From assembly GCA_016793645.1 (NCBI GenBank), contig JAEUHD010000202.1, positions 12,174 to 76,173 on the forward strand: a DNA stretch of 64,000 bases, written 5' to 3'. The stretch comes from Verrucomicrobiales bacterium (GTDB taxonomy: Bacteria > Verrucomicrobiota > Verrucomicrobiia > Limisphaerales > UBA9464). Below, one piece after another: positions 1-12,950 of this stretch. Both the position numbers and the translations under genes were made by a program. How positions within the stretch are numbered: position 1 is the stretch's first letter; every line of letters starts with the position of its first letter. A model generated the notes under the pieces. It ran no database searches. It was not told the origin of the DNA and saw only the letters and a program-made list of their open reading frames with translations.

Positions 1-1672
1 TGCTGGACCGGCAGCGGATGGACGACTCCTCCGGCGGAAACTGTTCCTGGAGTTCCGAGAGGGCTTCCCGCATCCAGGCGGGCATCGGGGCCTTCCTGAT
101 CGCCTTGCGGAGATCCGACAGCCTCGCCTCCATCACCGCGGGATCATTCCGGAACGAAGGGTCCTCGAGGAGATTGCTGACGACGGTGTAGAAGCCGTTG
201 AACTTCATGAACTCGTCATAGAAGTGGAACGGGATCCCGAAACCGTTCGGGATCACGCCCTCCGCAAATCCGAACGCCGGCTTCCGCATCGCCGCGAGGT
301 TGGCCACCTTGGCGCCGAACGCCCGGGCGTCGGTGAACTGGATTTCGTCGAGCGGTCGGATCCCGGTGATCGAGAGGTCGCGTCCTGGAAACTGGGGATT
401 CTGAGGCCGGATGGAATCAAAGTAGGCGTTGACCTCGTCGACGCTCGCCTCCCGGATTTCGAATCCGTCCGGGGCCACCTTGTAGAAGACGTTTTTCCCC
501 AGGAGGGGGGCAATGAGGGCGTTGCTGGACGCGTTGACGATGTAGGCGTTGGGCGCGTTGTCCTGGATGGCGCGCAGATTGACGTGGGACAGCGGAGTCT
601 GCGGAACCTCGGTGATGATTCCCGCCACGCGCGAGAGTTCATTGGGCAGGGAACGGTAGAGCACCACGTCGCGGGCGGTGGGAACGTCGCCGGGCCCCAT
701 CAGGCGCAGGCGTCCGAAACCTTCGGACAGGTTGAGGGGGAGGAATCCGATGCTTTTGAAGAGATCCTGCTCACGGACGATGGCCACCCGGGAGTGGTCG
801 TAGAGGTCCTTCTCCTTCTCAGTCCGGCTCACCGCGGGACCGATGGGATTGTATCCCAGGTTGTTTCTCACCACGGGCGCGTTGGCTCCGATCAGTTCAA
901 TGGCGCGCTGAATCTTGTGAAACGGGAACTGGTCGTTGGGTTCGAATTCGATGGTGTAATAGCCGGGTTCACCGCTGGGTCCGGAATACAGGGGACGGAA
1001 GACCATCACTCCCCGCATGGTCGCGGCGTTGGGATCGCCCGGCCGGCCGGATTCGCGGATCCCGATCGCCTGCATGAAGGCGGGATGCGAGCGGTGGGTG
1101 ACGGTATTGATGAAGAACAACTGCGGATGGTCGCCGTTGGCCTCCTGGATCTGGAACTTGACGAACTCCAGTCCCTTGAGCTGCGTGTCGATGGCTACCT
1201 GATCCCCCTGGTAGGAGAGTTCCCGGAAGGTGGCGCGGTCCGGAATCCGGGCGCATCCATTGCGAAACTCGATCCGTTTTGATGGGTTCAGCGGGCTGCG
1301 CTGGATCGGATCCGCCATCTCCGTGAGATCGTCGATGCCATCGCTGTCCGTGTCGGCCGGACTCGAGACGGGGTGTTCCAGGACCCGGTAGTATCCGGCG
1401 GGTCCCCCGGCCCCCAGGTTCTCCGTCAGGGTGGTTGTCGCCGGTTGCCCGCGCTCAATGGCGACCGGCCAGTTCGTGGAGAAATCGGGAGTCCAACTGC
1501 GATACAGGACGTAGTAGTGGTCGGGGGTCGATGCAACGGTGAACCGCGCGCGTCCTTCCTGGGTGATCCCGCTGAAGGCGAGGGATGCGGCCGATCCACG
1601 GGAAACGCCCAGGAGGAGCGCCATCGTGGGAAGGAGCCAGGCGAGGCCCCGGGGGTGGGGAACGGAATGCAT
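1..1672 (-). CDS. PEP-utilising-enzyme family protein with N-terminal signal peptide (partial, 3' end outside window)
   Basis: This frame has no stop inside the window, so it is absent from the ORF track. My reverse-complement translation from the ATG at 1672..1670 gives MHSVPHPRGLAWLLPTMALLLGVSRGSAASLAFSG (signal-like). Around position 610 it reads ITEVPQTPLSHVNLRAIQDNAPNAYI, a swivel phospho-His-like T-x-x-SH motif. Further on it reads FGAKVANLAAM, and at position 1 it ends SELQEQFPPEESSIRCRSS; these are PPDK_N/ATP-grasp-like GxKxxNL and VRSS motifs. The + ORF 224..1282 is its antisense shadow. Confidence 0.6.
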   Translation of the reverse strand, partial: MHSVPHPRGLAWLLPTMALLLGVSRGSAASLAFSGITQEGRARFTVASTPDHYYVLYRSWTPDFSTNWPVAIERGQPATTTLTENLGAGGPAGYYRVLEHPVSSPADTDSDGIDDLTEMADPIQRSPLNPSKRIEFRNGCARIPDRATFRELSYQGDQVAIDTQLKGLEFVKFQIQEANGDHPQLFFINTVTHRSHPAFMQAIGIRESGRPGDPNAATMRGVMVFRPLYSGPSGEPGYYTIEFEPNDQFPFHKIQRAIELIGANAPVVRNNLGYNPIGPAVSRTEKEKDLYDHSRVAIVREQDLFKSIGFLPLNLSEGFGRLRLMGPGDVPTARDVVLYRSLPNELSRVAGIITEVPQTPLSHVNLRAIQDNAPNAYIVNASSNALIAPLLGKNVFYKVAPDGFEIREASVDEVNAYFDSIRPQNPQFPGRDLSITGIRPLDEIQFTDARAFGAKVANLAAMRKPAFGFAEGVIPNGFGIPFHFYDEFMKFNGFYTVVSNLLEDPSFRNDPAVMEARLSDLRKAIRKAPMPAWMREALSELQEQFPPEESSIRCRSS

Positions 1673-1835
1673 CCGGGGGAGGCGGGTGGACATCGGAAGG
1701 AAAGAGTGCCCGCGAAGGCGGTTGGTTACAGGTCCGGACGGATGTTCCCGGGCGCCGGCGCGGGTCATCGGAACCGTCGACGAAGGAGTGGTCCGGAGAT
1801 GACGACCTCGTCCGGAGAATTCGAGGATTTCGAGG

Positions 1836-2774
1836 TCATTCGCGCACCACGGCCAGCCGCTGGATTGGCAGTTCGTAGAGGTCGCCGTCGCCCTCGTCTG
1901 CTGAGATGACGAGCGTGTCACCGTCGAGGGCGATGCCTTCCGCCTCGTCGTCCTCCGTGGGAAGCCAGCGCACGGTTCCGTCGAACCACTTCTCCTTCTC
2001 CTTTGCGTCAAACACCCAGACGCCGGTGTACGTCAGCAACGCGAGGCGACGTCCATCGGGTGAGGCGTCCGCACCCGTGACCTGGCCCCGCGTGTCAAAA
2101 CGGTCGAGCTTTGTCAGCAGATTGATTCGATGGGGCTCGGTTGCATCCAGTCGATAGAGTGTGGTGCCGGTGTCGCTGCGGTGCTTGGTCAGGATGTAGA
2201 CATGGCCGTGCGCAAAGAACAGAGCCTCGGCGTCGAAATTCCGCACCGGGGACGGCCATTCCGTCTGGTCCGGATACGCGAAGAACACCTTTCGCACGAC
2301 GCTGGTCTGGCCCACCGAGGGATGGGGCTCGAAGATGTAGTAGAGGCAGAGATCCCGGCGGTCGTTTTTGTCGCTGTTCCCGAAGTCGCCAATGATGAGG
2401 TGTCCCGCGTCGTCGGTGGTAATGTCCTCCCAGTCGACGTTGACCGCATCGGGGATGTGGACGCCATGAGCCGCTCCGTAGCGCTCTGCAGGATAGATCC
2501 GTCCGTCCCGATGCACCGGAAAGATCCGCGGGCCGTCCCCGGAATCATTATGCGCCCAGAACACGTCCGGCCACAGCCGGCTTTTCACCAGTCCGGACGG
2601 TTCCAGGTGGGCGGGGATTTCCAGTGCGGCGTAGGGCTTCAGCGCGACCGGCTTCAGATCGGGAAGCTGGACCCGCTTCATGGGTTCCCCGGGCTGGGCG
2701 AGGAGTCCGGCCGGAAGGATCCAGAGGAGTGACCGAATCTGGCGGGCGAAGGAAGGGGCACCGAGCGGCGACAT
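1836..2774 (-). CDS. hypothetical secreted protein, beta-propeller-like (PD40/TolB-like repeat motif)
   Basis: 312-aa ORF with a hydrophobic N-terminus (IRSLLWILPAGLLAQP). Contains SPDGRRLALLTY-type and DSGDGP motifs. No recognisable catalytic family. Confidence 0.55.
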   Translation of the reverse strand: MSPLGAPSFARQIRSLLWILPAGLLAQPGEPMKRVQLPDLKPVALKPYAALEIPAHLEPSGLVKSRLWPDVFWAHNDSGDGPRIFPVHRDGRIYPAERYGAAHGVHIPDAVNVDWEDITTDDAGHLIIGDFGNSDKNDRRDLCLYYIFEPHPSVGQTSVVRKVFFAYPDQTEWPSPVRNFDAEALFFAHGHVYILTKHRSDTGTTLYRLDATEPHRINLLTKLDRFDTRGQVTGADASPDGRRLALLTYTGVWVFDAKEKEKWFDGTVRWLPTEDDEAEGIALDGDTLVISADEGDGDLYELPIQRLAVVRE

Positions 2775-2834
2775 GAATTTGAAGTTGGCGGTGCCAACCT
2801 CGCCTTCAAGTGAAAACCGGAATGCTCTCCGCGT

Positions 2835-4328
2835 TCAGCGCTCCGGAATCTCGTTGAGCCAGTAGTAGGCGACCGGATGCAGCAGCGGCTCCGCGGATTT
2901 CGAACGTACCCCGGGGAGCTTGAGTTCGTGGACGTGTCCGGGGGTGAGCTTGACCTTGAGGCGGACGCTGCGTCCATCGGGGCCGACGGTCGCGGACTCA
3001 ATGGGCGGCGTGGCCTTGTCCACTTCGGGTGATCCGTAGCTGCTCTGGTAGATGTAGGTGTAGTTCTCGAACTGATACGATGCCGGGTTTCCTGCTGTTA
3101 CCGGGTCCAGGGGTTCCGTGAAGGTCAGTTCGAAGCCGTCCGGACGGACCCGCATCTCGTGGATCTCGAACGGCGTCTTCCCGCTCCAGAGCAGTCGCTG
3201 CAATGCGAAGGGTTGGCCGCCGCGGGCGCCCCAGCCACGGTCGGTACCGCCCACGAAGAGGGAACCATCGGCGGCCATTTCGAGGCTGAGGCATCCGGAG
3301 GCGAATCCTTCGCGGAACGGAAAGCACGCGCCCTGATAGACGCCGTTCACCTGTTCGAGGAAGACCCGCATCACCAGGCTCCAGGTCTGGTCGCCCACAA
3401 AGAGCTGGTTGGTGAAGGGGCCGAATTTGCCGCCGGTGAAATCGTTGGCGATTCCAGACGCGCTCTGGCCGAGTTTGTTGTAGGGGAATGCAATCGCGGG
3501 TGGGAGGAATTCCGGGATTCGGGTGCGCTCGACGGCAATGCGGCTGCCGCTCACGGGTTCCTTGGGAGCCGCACCAAGATTGGTGGCCTGGGCGTACCAT
3601 TTGAATCCGCCAGGGTGCCCGACGAATCCGCCCGGTTTCAGCGGCTTCAGCCAGCAGGTGCCATTCCAGGGTCCCTGGTTGTCGGTGTAGAACATGTCGC
3701 CCACGGAGTTGGTGGCGATCCCACCCGGGGAACGCAGTCCGCTCGTCGTGGGAATGACCCGGCCGTCGGGAGTGATCCGCAGCGCCCAGCCACGGAAGAG
3801 ATTCTCGCTGGTGAAGGAACCGGTCAGGCAGAGCGCCACCCAGATGTTGCCGTCGCGGTCGGGTTTCGAGCCAAAAGCATACTCATGGTAGTCCCCGCCG
3901 ATGCCCCAGCCGTCGGCCACGGTTTCCACAACGTCCGCCCGGCCATCCCCGTCCGTGTCGCGCAGGCGGGTGACCTCCCCGCGCTGCGTGGCATAAATCC
4001 AACCGTCGCCGGAACTCCACAGTCCGAGGACCTCGTGAAGTCCCGAGGCGAACCGGGTGAAGCGGACGTGGTCGGGCGGATTTCCAAACGCGCCGTCCAC
4101 CAGGTAGATGTCGCCCAGTCGCGTGGAGACGGCGAGTCGTTGTCCAGGCAGGATCTGAATCGCGCCGGCCTCGAGGACGATGTCCTTCGGAATCGGAAGG
4201 GTCAGCATCGGGTAGTAAACGGACTCGCGCTCCGCAAGGGAGGCGGGGGCTGCGGTCAGGATGGTCGTCAGCAGGGGGACGAGCAGGCAGGCGAACCGAT
4301 GCAGGGAGCGGGGAAAGCGGGGGTTCAT
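2835..4328 (-). CDS. secreted glucose/sorbosone-dehydrogenase-like beta-propeller protein (membrane-bound dehydrogenase domain family)
   Basis: 497-aa ORF with signal peptide [29 protein letters not shown]. Propeller-type repeats are present ([40 protein letters not shown]). Sits next to a cytochrome c partner gene, as is usual for this PVC family. Confidence 0.65.
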   Translation of the reverse strand: MNPRFPRSLHRFACLLVPLLTTILTAAPASLAERESVYYPMLTLPIPKDIVLEAGAIQILPGQRLAVSTRLGDIYLVDGAFGNPPDHVRFTRFASGLHEVLGLWSSGDGWIYATQRGEVTRLRDTDGDGRADVVETVADGWGIGGDYHEYAFGSKPDRDGNIWVALCLTGSFTSENLFRGWALRITPDGRVIPTTSGLRSPGGIATNSVGDMFYTDNQGPWNGTCWLKPLKPGGFVGHPGGFKWYAQATNLGAAPKEPVSGSRIAVERTRIPEFLPPAIAFPYNKLGQSASGIANDFTGGKFGPFTNQLFVGDQTWSLVMRVFLEQVNGVYQGACFPFREGFASGCLSLEMAADGSLFVGGTDRGWGARGGQPFALQRLLWSGKTPFEIHEMRVRPDGFELTFTEPLDPVTAGNPASYQFENYTYIYQSSYGSPEVDKATPPIESATVGPDGRSVRLKVKLTPGHVHELKLPGVRSKSAEPLLHPVAYYWLNEIPER

Positions 4329-4362
4329 GGAAAAGAGGGTTGGTGGTGAATGGGTCTGTGCG

Positions 4363-7128
4363 TTACCAGGTGATTTCCTCCACCAGTTCCCCGGGAACCG
4401 CGACGGGGATTCGAAGTTCGCCCTGAACGATCCGGGCCTCGCCCGCGCCGCCCCGGAAGCGCAGTCGCAGCGTTCCGTTGACGAGCCAGGTGCCCTCGGG
4501 GCCGGGCGTGACCGTCCCGGTTGCGGCCCGGAACCATACCGGACCGGGGGACGCGCCGGTGAAGCGCAGGGTGCGCACGAAGGTCATGTCCACGTCTCCG
4601 GGCTTCGGTGCGAAGGCGTCCTCGATGGAGATTCCACGGAAGCGATACAGGAACACGGGACGTCGCTTCGCATCGAAGCGATAGCCGGAGAACTGGTATC
4701 CCGCTGCGGTACCGGTTTCGGTGGGCCAGGACGCGTCCCCGTCGGGCAGGATGGCGAAAGGGGGGCCGGGCGGCAGAGAGACGGGGTGATCCCCGAGCGG
4801 GGGTTCGAATCCCTCGCCGCGACCCGTGGAATGACGGGCGGTGTCCATGAAGCTGCCCTGCCAGACCAGGGCCGGACGCAGCGTGGCTGCATCGAAGGCC
4901 AGGTTGGCCTTCTCGGGATAACCGACACCGATGGCGCGCGATCCCGCCCCGGCAATGAAGTTTCGGTAGATTTCCGGTTCGCCTGCCGGGATCAGTTCCT
5001 GGCGTCCGCGAACCAGTCCGGTGGGCACCTCCGCCTTGTCGCCCGCGGCCAGATAGGCCCAGATCGCCTGGATCTGGGCGTCGGTATTGCCCCCCAGCAG
5101 GGAATCATTCACCGCGTGGCCTTCGGGCCAGAAGCTCGGCATCCGGGTTCCCGGCCGGAGCGCCGCCGGATCGGGGAGATAGCGGCGGAACCAGTCCCAT
5201 TCGAGTCGTTGCCCAAGGGTTCCGAGCCCCAGTGCGGGAATCCCCAGGGACGGGTATTGGGCGAAGGTATGGCACGCGACGCAGCTCAGTCCGTCGGTCC
5301 CGACCAGCTTCCAACCGAATTTGGCGTCGCGCGTCGTGACGGCCGGATCCGCCGGTGCGCTGGCGTTGCGGTCCGCGGCACGAACCTGGGCGGGGAGCGA
5401 TTCCAGCGCAGGAGAGCCGAACACCGGCATGCGGGTGGCCATGTAGGGACGCACCTTGGTTCCCTCCCGGAGCACCTGGTTCAACCACGCGGGTTTCAGC
5501 TTTGCTCCAACACCGGTCAACGCGGGTGGGATCCGGCCTTCGTCGCCCAGATCCGCCTCGCCCACCACCTGGAACCAATCCGAACGCCCCTCCGCCACGG
5601 GCCCGCCGAGGCCGTCCCGGGAATGGCAGGCGTAGCAGTTGAGGCGGGTCAGGGTGGATTCAACCTGGAGCGCGGGCGACGGTGCGGATGCCAGGGACTC
5701 CGGATGGGCCACGGTCGTGCGCAACGCATCCCGCTGGGGGACACTCAACGTGTATCGCGGAATTCCGACGGAAACGGTTTCGGCGAGACATCCCCGGGTC
5801 GCCTTCGCCTTCAGGGACGGCAGGGGAGTGGCGGGTCGTCCCTCCGGGAGGCCCTTGCCGGCATGGCACGCGCCGCAGTTGAGTTTTGCGAACCAGTCCC
5901 GTCCGCGGGCGGCGCGCGCCGGATCCCCGGTGAATTCCCCCTGGCCCAGGGGAACCAGGGGACGCGCAAAATGTTTCAGGACGCCGGGGGGGATGGGCTG
6001 GCGCTGGAACCCGGGTCCGGACCATTCCACCGAGAATTCAAAACCACCGCCGAGTTGAAAAAACAGGATCTCGAGGGAATGGAATCCCGGGGTCAGGGCC
6101 ACCGTTCCGGAAACCGTGTTGCCCCCGTGTTCGCCGTCGTTGTTGACCACAAGCCGGTCATCCACCCGGATCTGGGAGCCGTCGTCGGAGGAGGCCCAAA
6201 ACGTGTAATCGCCCGCCGTGGCAATCTCGAGGCCCCCGGAAAAGCGCAGGCCGAAATTGTTCTCCCTCCGTGCGGGTTCAGCGGTGATGCGGTCCGTGGT
6301 TCCGGAGGCGACGGGTTCCTTGCGGGCGAGGTCGGCGCAGCGATGGAACTCGCCCTCGAAGAGGTCCCACTTGAGTCCGCCCACCGGCGCGCTTTTTGCC
6401 GCCGTGGATCCAGCCAGTTGTTCCCGGAGCAGGTACACCGCGAGGTCCGAGGCCTCCGTCGCGGTGAGATTGAAGGAGGGCATCCGGCCGGAGGGACGAT
6501 GCAATGCGGGGCTCCGGAGGAACCGGGCCAGTTCACCGGCGGGATACTTCCGGGCGAGGTCCCCGAGGGGGATGGAGCGGGCGGTGGCCGCGGCAAGAAC
6601 CTCGGCGCTGGCGGCGCCCCGTTCGAACGGAGCATGGCAGGCCACGCAGCCCAGGGAATGGTACAGGGTTTGCCCAATGGCGGCCCGGGCGGGGTCGGCG
6701 CTGACCGCGTCGGGGGCGCCCGCGGGTTGTATGGACACCAGGAACTGGGTCAGCGACTCGATGGCATCGGCCTGTTCGGCGGCCGGGAGTCCGTGGAGCA
6801 GGTCGGGCATCGCGGTGCCGGGCTTGGAGGCGGCGGGGTTGGAGAGCCAGGACCGGATCCACTGTGGGGTCAGGCGAAGTCCCTCGGTTCCCAGGCGGGG
6901 AGCGGTGCGCGATTGCAACCGGGCCGAGATCTCCAAGGGCGCGGCGTGGCAGGCGACGCAGTTCAATTCGCCGAGCAGAAGCTCGCCCGCGTCCATTCGC
7001 GCACCGGTGGGAACGGGAACCGCCACGGGGACGTCCGCGGCGAGGAGCGTCGTCAATCCCAACAGGGCAAACACGCCTGCGGACAACCGGAAGGGAAGGG
7101 CATTCACGGGCCAACGGGGACGGATCAC
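4363..7128 (-). CDS. multi-haem c-type cytochrome with embedded PA14 domain
   Basis: 921-aa ORF with a signal peptide. Five CxxCH motifs: CVACH, CVACH, CGACH, CYACH, CVACH. A PA14-like block ([30 protein letters not shown]...[14 protein letters not shown]) lies between haem sites 2 and 3. Confidence 0.8.
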   Translation of the reverse strand: MIRPRWPVNALPFRLSAGVFALLGLTTLLAADVPVAVPVPTGARMDAGELLLGELNCVACHAAPLEISARLQSRTAPRLGTEGLRLTPQWIRSWLSNPAASKPGTAMPDLLHGLPAAEQADAIESLTQFLVSIQPAGAPDAVSADPARAAIGQTLYHSLGCVACHAPFERGAASAEVLAAATARSIPLGDLARKYPAGELARFLRSPALHRPSGRMPSFNLTATEASDLAVYLLREQLAGSTAAKSAPVGGLKWDLFEGEFHRCADLARKEPVASGTTDRITAEPARRENNFGLRFSGGLEIATAGDYTFWASSDDGSQIRVDDRLVVNNDGEHGGNTVSGTVALTPGFHSLEILFFQLGGGFEFSVEWSGPGFQRQPIPPGVLKHFARPLVPLGQGEFTGDPARAARGRDWFAKLNCGACHAGKGLPEGRPATPLPSLKAKATRGCLAETVSVGIPRYTLSVPQRDALRTTVAHPESLASAPSPALQVESTLTRLNCYACHSRDGLGGPVAEGRSDWFQVVGEADLGDEGRIPPALTGVGAKLKPAWLNQVLREGTKVRPYMATRMPVFGSPALESLPAQVRAADRNASAPADPAVTTRDAKFGWKLVGTDGLSCVACHTFAQYPSLGIPALGLGTLGQRLEWDWFRRYLPDPAALRPGTRMPSFWPEGHAVNDSLLGGNTDAQIQAIWAYLAAGDKAEVPTGLVRGRQELIPAGEPEIYRNFIAGAGSRAIGVGYPEKANLAFDAATLRPALVWQGSFMDTARHSTGRGEGFEPPLGDHPVSLPPGPPFAILPDGDASWPTETGTAAGYQFSGYRFDAKRRPVFLYRFRGISIEDAFAPKPGDVDMTFVRTLRFTGASPGPVWFRAATGTVTPGPEGTWLVNGTLRLRFRGGAGEARIVQGELRIPVAVPGELVEEITW

Positions 7129-7317
7129 GGCGAAACGCTATTCAGGCGTCGGAGCGGCGTCGAGGGCGGTGGCGGGGGGATTGAGGATTCCCGGGGGCGG
7201 CGGTTGGGATGCCGACGGACAGGCGATTCTTCCGGTACCTGGGAAGCCACGTGTCCGGAAGGACTCCGGAACACGAAGGGTACGATGCCGTACCGCGGAG
7301 GCGTCCGAGGCCGGGTT

Positions 7318-10091
<2,774 letters not shown>

Positions 10092-10187
10092 GGGACCCAG
10101 GCGCGAGGTCGGCGGCGCGGGGAAGGCGGACCCTGGACGGGAGGGATTGTGGAACGGCAGGCCTGCGCTCCGGCGGGATTCACGCCG

Positions 10188-10559
10188 TCAGTAGAGCCAC
10201 TGCCACGAGCTGTTCGGGTTGACCGAACCATGCAAATCCGTGTTGGGGCCTCCTGAGGACGCCACGAACTCGGCGGCGTCCTCCTGGATTCCCAGCCGGA
10301 TTTGTACGGTGAGCAAGCCGTTCTCCGGCCCCTGGACCAGATGGCAATCCACGCGCTGACCTGAAACCTTGTAGGTCGCCGGGGTGGTTCCCGACACCGA
10401 TTGCTGCTTGCCGTCCACGCGGAGATTTCCGGAGAAGGTCACCGGCGTGGAACTCGTAACCGCGATGACGAACTCGGTGGGGCGCTGCGGGTGGGTCTGG
10501 CATCCGGTTCCGGCAAGAATTCCGGTCAGAAGCAGAAGGAAGGGAAGGGATGATTTCAT
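10188..10559 (-). CDS. small hypothetical lipoprotein
   Basis: 123-aa ORF with signal peptide and Cys (MKSSLPFLLLLTGILAGTGC). Last gene of a four-lipoprotein run. Confidence 0.6.
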   Translation of the reverse strand: MKSSLPFLLLLTGILAGTGCQTHPQRPTEFVIAVTSSTPVTFSGNLRVDGKQQSVSGTTPATYKVSGQRVDCHLVQGPENGLLTVQIRLGIQEDAAEFVASSGGPNTDLHGSVNPNSSWQWLY

Positions 10560-10568
10560 GGGAGGGAC

Positions 10569-10985
10569 TCACCGGGCCTGACGGACACGGACGGTGTACG
10601 TGGCGGCCTTGTTGTTGAGCGAGGTGAAAGTGAGGGTCTCCATCCCGTTCTCGGTCAGGATGACGTTCTCCCAGGGCGTCTCGTCGCCCGTGGAAAATCC
10701 GGTCGGGTCCTTGAAGACGCACTGAACCTGGACCTGGATTCGCCGGTTTTCCCGGTTTTGGAGAATGCAGGACACCTTGAGCCGGCCGTCGTCGAGGCGG
10801 GTTTCCTGGAGTCCGGCGCTCGTGACCGACCGCTGGGCGCCCGGGTCCATCAGGACGAATTTCGCCGTCAACTCCTGGCGGGACTTCGAATTGTCGGCCG
10901 GAGCGTAGGCACCCTGGTGACTGGCGCAGCCGGCCAGCAGCAGGAGTGCGAGACCCAACGGGAATCCATGTCGCAGTGGTTTCAT
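10569..10985 (-). CDS. YcfL/DUF1425-like lipoprotein
   Basis: 138-aa ORF with canonical lipobox LLLAGC. The beta-sandwich-like body (RLKVSCILQNRENRRIQVQVQCVF) resembles YcfL-family proteins. Confidence 0.6.
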   Translation of the reverse strand: MKPLRHGFPLGLALLLLAGCASHQGAYAPADNSKSRQELTAKFVLMDPGAQRSVTSAGLQETRLDDGRLKVSCILQNRENRRIQVQVQCVFKDPTGFSTGDETPWENVILTENGMETLTFTSLNNKAATYTVRVRQAR

Positions 10986-10994
10986 GGCGGAAGG

Positions 10995-12107
10995 CTATTG
11001 GTTCTGGTCACTCAAGAAAAGCACCGTATCCCGGCCGTGGACGACCTGGAACTTCACCGCCCGGGTCACCAGCGTTTGTCCGGCCGGGGACTGAAACGCG
11101 ACGGTGGCCGTGTAGTCCCCGGCAGGGAGTCGGACGGCGGCGAAGCTGAGGAGATTGGGAAGATTGTTCCACTGTCGGGTGTCGGCTTCCGGAGTGGTGG
11201 CGGCACTGACCACCTTGGTCACCAGTCCCGCGAGGGCGATTCCGAGGCCGGCGTTGCGGGCGGCATTGGAGTCACCGGCGATGGCCACGGCGCTGCCGGC
11301 GATGATGGCGGCGGTTCCCGCCGTGTCCGTGGCGCTCTTGAACACGGCCTTTCCCTGCAGGACGTGGTCCATGACGCGCCCGCCGCGGGTGGTGGCCTGG
11401 AAGGTCAGATCGTCGAACGCGCCGACCCGGACGGTCTGATCCTGGACCGTGATCACCGCAATGGGATCCGGGGCGGTGCCGGGACGGAACTTGAGTTGTT
11501 CCCCGTATTGTCCTGCGGCGTACTTCGTGGGGCCGCGGCCCATTTCGAGAAAGAAGAGGACATTCGCCTGCGGGTCATAGGGAGGGGGTGGGTTGAGCCT
11601 GGCGTTGGTGGATGCCCGTCGCCACGCATCCTTTCCGTCCCCTCCCAGTTTGGCGGTGGCCAGTCCGTCGAGATAGTCCAACAGGACCCAGTCACATTGG
11701 GTCTTTCCGTTCTCGGGATCGGTGTCCTGGACGGCGGCGCTTCGGAATGCGGCCCTCGCATTGTCGGGTTCCCCGTCCATCCAGTACAGGATGCCGCGAT
11801 AGTAGTAGGCCATGGTCCGCTCGTAGGGCTCGCCCCGGAAGGTCTTCGCGGATTCCGGATTGAAGTAACCCCGGGACTCCCGGGCCGTGGCATCGCCGGC
11901 GGACGACGAACCGAGGGTGAGGAGTGCCGAATCGAGAAGGGACTTCGCCTGCGCATCGTTGCCTGCGCGAAGCGCCGTCAATGCCGACTCATAGTCGGTG
12001 AGCACCCGGTTGCGCCGCGCCTGTTCCTCCGGACTGACGGAGGCGCAGCCGAGGGCGGCGGCGAGCAGGACGGCCGGGACCAGAGAGGATAGGATGCGTC
12101 CGATCAC
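10995..12107 (-). CDS. large conserved lipoprotein (COG3014-like, TPR-like N-terminal part)
   Basis: 370-aa ORF with lipobox AAALGC. Overlaps the upstream LpoB-like gene by 4 nt. Confidence 0.55.
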   Translation of the reverse strand: MIGRILSSLVPAVLLAAALGCASVSPEEQARRNRVLTDYESALTALRAGNDAQAKSLLDSALLTLGSSSAGDATARESRGYFNPESAKTFRGEPYERTMAYYYRGILYWMDGEPDNARAAFRSAAVQDTDPENGKTQCDWVLLDYLDGLATAKLGGDGKDAWRRASTNARLNPPPPYDPQANVLFFLEMGRGPTKYAAGQYGEQLKFRPGTAPDPIAVITVQDQTVRVGAFDDLTFQATTRGGRVMDHVLQGKAVFKSATDTAGTAAIIAGSAVAIAGDSNAARNAGLGIALAGLVTKVVSAATTPEADTRQWNNLPNLLSFAAVRLPAGDYTATVAFQSPAGQTLVTRAVKFQVVHGRDTVLFLSDQNQ

Positions 12108-12730
12108 CGGTAGGCGGCGTCTTCCACCGATTGCTTCTTCACCTCGGCGGATTTCTCCCAGACGATCTCGCTGGTGCGCGGATTGATGAGCTGGAACGAG
12201 TACAGGACGTAGTCGCTCACGCCTCCCTTGGCCTGGGTGGTCAGGCCCTGAAGTTTGCCGGTCAGGAAGAAATCCGCGCCCTTGAACTCCTGGACGTTGG
12301 GGTTGCTGTTGGAGGTCACCTTGCCCTCCTGCTTCAACGCGCGTTCCTGCTCCAGCGCGGTCATTCGATCCCGGGCGAGGAAGCGGATTTTTCCTTCGGC
12401 CTGATCGTTGAGCAGCGCCCGGATCCGGGTGGTGAACAGGTCCTTGTTGATGGGGAAGCGGGTTTCGTTCTCGACCGGCAGCAGGACGATGCGCGGGGGC
12501 GCCGGGGTGAAGTCGCGGATTTCGGGAGTGCCCAGGAGACTTCGCGCCATCTTGTCGGTGACGGCGACGAGGTCCTGGGACTCAATGCCCGAACCGGCAA
12601 TGAAGCCCTGTTCATCGGGCTTGAGGACCGTGACGGGGACCCCGGAGGGATTCTGCACCCCGGAAGCACACCCACCGGTGAGCAGGGCAAGGAGAAGGAC
12701 TGCGGAGGCACCGCGGGAGAACTGCTTCAT
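12104..12730 (-). CDS. LpoB-like (COG3417) lipoprotein
   Basis: The track ORF runs 12104..12850. I place the start at the internal ATG (12730..12728), which gives MKQFSRGASAVLLLALLTGGC, a signal peptide plus lipobox. The body (FFLTGKLQGL...YSFQLINPRTSEIVW) is typical of the LpoB/COG3417 fold. Confidence 0.6.
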   Translation of the reverse strand: MKQFSRGASAVLLLALLTGGCASGVQNPSGVPVTVLKPDEQGFIAGSGIESQDLVAVTDKMARSLLGTPEIRDFTPAPPRIVLLPVENETRFPINKDLFTTRIRALLNDQAEGKIRFLARDRMTALEQERALKQEGKVTSNSNPNVQEFKGADFFLTGKLQGLTTQAKGGVSDYVLYSFQLINPRTSEIVWEKSAEVKKQSVEDAAYR

Positions 12731-12911
12731 ACGCCCGGAACTGAAGTTCACTTCGGCGACCCGGTCAACTGGCGAAGCATCAACGCCGTCCATCGGCGGT
12801 GGGCCCGCGCAACCGAAGCTCCGGTCTTTGGAGAATGGATCCCGCGACATGAGCCCGTTCCGAACGGCTTATACCCAGTTCAGGGGGCGCCTCATCGTTC
12901 ATCATAATTGC

Positions 12912-12939
12912 TTGTCAATACCTGCTTCCAAGATAAGAT
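12912..12939 (+). promoter_or_regulatory. putative sigma70-type promoter (TTGTCA - 16 nt - TAAGAT)
   Basis: Lies in a locally AT-rich stretch of a divergent intergenic region. The -10 hexamer ends 11 nt before the ATG at 12951, which implies a very short leader or none. Confidence 0.35.
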
Positions 12940-12950
12940 GCGGTTCCGAA

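Noticed and set aside
224-1282. 352-aa + strand ORF from the track
   Set aside because: Its composition is Gly/Arg/Val/Asp-rich with no family resemblance. The opposite strand carries an open frame with a signal peptide and PEP-utilising-enzyme motifs across the whole region. This is an antisense shadow ORF.
4799-4815. tRNA-like T-arm GGGGG-TTCGAAT-CCCTC
   Set aside because: The required acceptor-stem complement (to gccgcga) is not present about 65 nt upstream. The segment lies inside the cytochrome c CDS, where it encodes ...GEGFEPPLG... on the other strand. It is a chance match. A similar gggttcgaacc at about 62121 is also inside a CDS.
7259-7283. Imperfect hairpin GTGTCCGGA-AGGAC-TCCGGAACAC in the ligA/cytochrome spacer
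   Set aside because: The stem has a bulge, no U-tract follows on either strand, and the palindromic TCCGGA core recurs by chance elsewhere (e.g. around 1800-1830). Evidence for a terminator or operator is insufficient.
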